From NCBI GenBank assembly GCA_011109175.1, contig RDEW01000037.1, positions 518,842 to 582,841 on the forward strand: a stretch of 64,000 bases of DNA, given 5' to 3'. The notes below the pieces were generated by a model that was given only the letters and a program-made list of their open reading frames with translations, was not told the origin of the DNA and did not search any database. This document shows, piece after piece, positions 62,300-64,000 of this stretch (positions are counted from its first letter, which is position 1; each line of letters starts with the position of its first letter). The translations under genes were made by a program, and so were the position numbers. Source of the DNA: Dicyema japonicum (Eukaryota; Animalia; Dicyemida).

Positions 62300-62620
62300 T
62301 ATTTGTTCTTTGAAACTTTCAAATGCAAAAGCAAGAACAATATTATTATGGATGGTCCCCACGAAGCGCATGGCTCGATGTAATGCTTGTATATGTTCTT
62401 TAGTACTGGGTGGATACAGACCTTCTATATTCCAGATAAGGTCTTTAGAATTTTAATTTTCCCTTCGATGGTGCCCAGGTTTAAATTTAAATGTTAGAAA
62501 CGATCTATACTTCGACAGTGGGCTGCTTTTACTTGCTCTTAGAGTCTTGTATGATGTACTTTAGTGAAACAACACTGTCTTGAATACGGTTATTTGGGAC
62601 TGACAAATTCGATCAAACAA
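62300..62620 (-). mobile_element. LINE C-terminal remnant
   Basis: KYRSFLTFKF..HH and HIQALHRAMRF resemble the post-RT region. Confidence 0.4.
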
Positions 62621-63049
62621 CTTATCAAAGTAAATACGCTACACTTACTATTTTCCGAGATTAGTTTCCTCTTATTCTAAGTGGTGACTTAGTGAACATC
62701 TCACTGCGTAACCAGGTCTCTCAACAGAGGAATTTTGAGATTAACTGAATTGTGAGACTAACTGAACGGATATCCTGTAGACAAAATTGTCTAGAGTTTT
62801 AGCGGACAGAAATTCCAAATCCCAAATGATCTGTCTTGAACGTGCAAATTGTTAGTACAATATTTTCTTCGATTGTTTGATTTTCAGGAGACCTCGGTTA
62901 TTTTGCTTATTCTAAGAGAATTTATTTTTAAAATTATAAATAACTAGGACGACAGAATGGCGAAGGCGCTACCTCTGATAATCACAATTTAAAGCCTCTG
63001 CCTCAACCAGAGCCTCTCCATGGCTCACACCTTTTTGAGGCGAGTTTGC

Positions 63050-63390
63050 TTCCAATACTGGAGAGAAAGGCGTCTGTCTTCGCTCCCACGGCTTCCAGTT
63101 GTCTCCACAGCAATGAGGTGAAATGGTATTGGTCTCCGAGGGATTCGTATTTACAGATCTTCATGGCCTCGGCCTGTCGGCTGCGTCTTCAAGAGAGTGC
63201 ATCGCCATCAACAATCTGGCCCCTGAAAAAGTGTCCACACACGTTGCGTCCCAGACAAGTGATTTTACGTGGGAGTATGGGAGTAACGTCATGCCATCCG
63301 GCCTCTTCCCGTCGCCTCTGTCTAAGCCCAATGGTTCCAATTAGGCCGGAATCCTGCAGCCTCAAGGGCTCGAAAACTTTGCTTAATTAA
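63050..63390 (-). mobile_element. CRE RLE fragment
   Basis: LEPLGLDRGDGKRPDGMTLLPYS..LVWDATCVDTF...IAVETTG. Confidence 0.85.
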
Positions 63391-63909
63391 CCTTTGAAGG
63401 AACGAGTCTTTTTTAATGTACAGATATCTGTGCTCACTAGAGTATATATTGATACAATACTTTTTTAAAAACCGAAATAAATTAAAAACTAACAGTTAAC
63501 AACTACTGGCTGCTCTCAGAATCAAGAACGCATTCCCCCCGATGATTTGTAAAGAAATGCACTCAATGAACCAATTTTCTTCTTTAACCAACATTTAATC
63601 ATTATTTAAATTTAAATTGAATTTATTGAACCAGAAAACATTGTCATAGCCAGAATATCACAAATTTAGGTGATCCAGGGCTCCTTCAGAAATCTTTGCA
63701 TGCTCGAAGAAAGTGCCGTCCAGAGGGAACTCCTCTGGATGTTTGATGTCTAATGGTCCTTTTTGGATATAATTTAGGATTATGTCTGGAGCCACCAGAA
63801 TAATGAACCACATGACGTATGCTAACAATTCAAGCTCCCTAGAGATAAAAGAGAAGATGATTCACAAAAGAAACAAACAAATAATTTTCAAATCAGATTT
63901 ATGATTGTT

Positions 63910-64000
63910 TTGTCTGTTCCTCCTCTCTCCTTTCCCACTAGAGTGGCGTAATGTAATCAACCTGTATCTGGTTGCACGAAAAAAATCATTTGATCTCCAA
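63910..64000 (+). mobile_element. Degenerate SINE-like family 2 fragment
   Basis: Pyrimidine tract, CTAGAGTGGCGT.ATGT.ATC.ACCTG, AAAAAAATCATTTG. Confidence 0.55.

Overview
AT-rich eukaryotic draft sequence (one N, near 13963) dominated by non-LTR retrotransposons and their relics. These include a near-intact RTE-type LINE (23670-26690), a near-intact CRE-clade element with a restriction-like endonuclease and an unusual N-terminal PHD finger (7331-10570), many Jockey/I-like, RTE, CRE and R4/Dong-like fragments, two SINE-like families and a probable MITE. Host genes are missing from the ORF track because 21-36 nt GT-AG micro-introns break them up. By hand I could splice an intact LAMP-like gene (11390-12552), decayed intron-retaining copies of PPIL2 and the GNL3 N-terminus, and parts of a large, possibly cadherin/LamG-type gene (about 33-40.5 kb). 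A compact, TpA-rich SNF2 helicase pseudogene (20585-21830) looks foreign. The standard genetic code, the micro-introns and the possible cadherin suggest a reduced parasitic animal such as a dicyemid or myxozoan (inference only). Best leads: the PHD-CRE element, a SINE-like family with an HDV-topology pseudoknot, the SNF2 relic, and a conserved 18-nt motif at RTE 5' ends. All translations and alignments were done by eye and no database searches were run.
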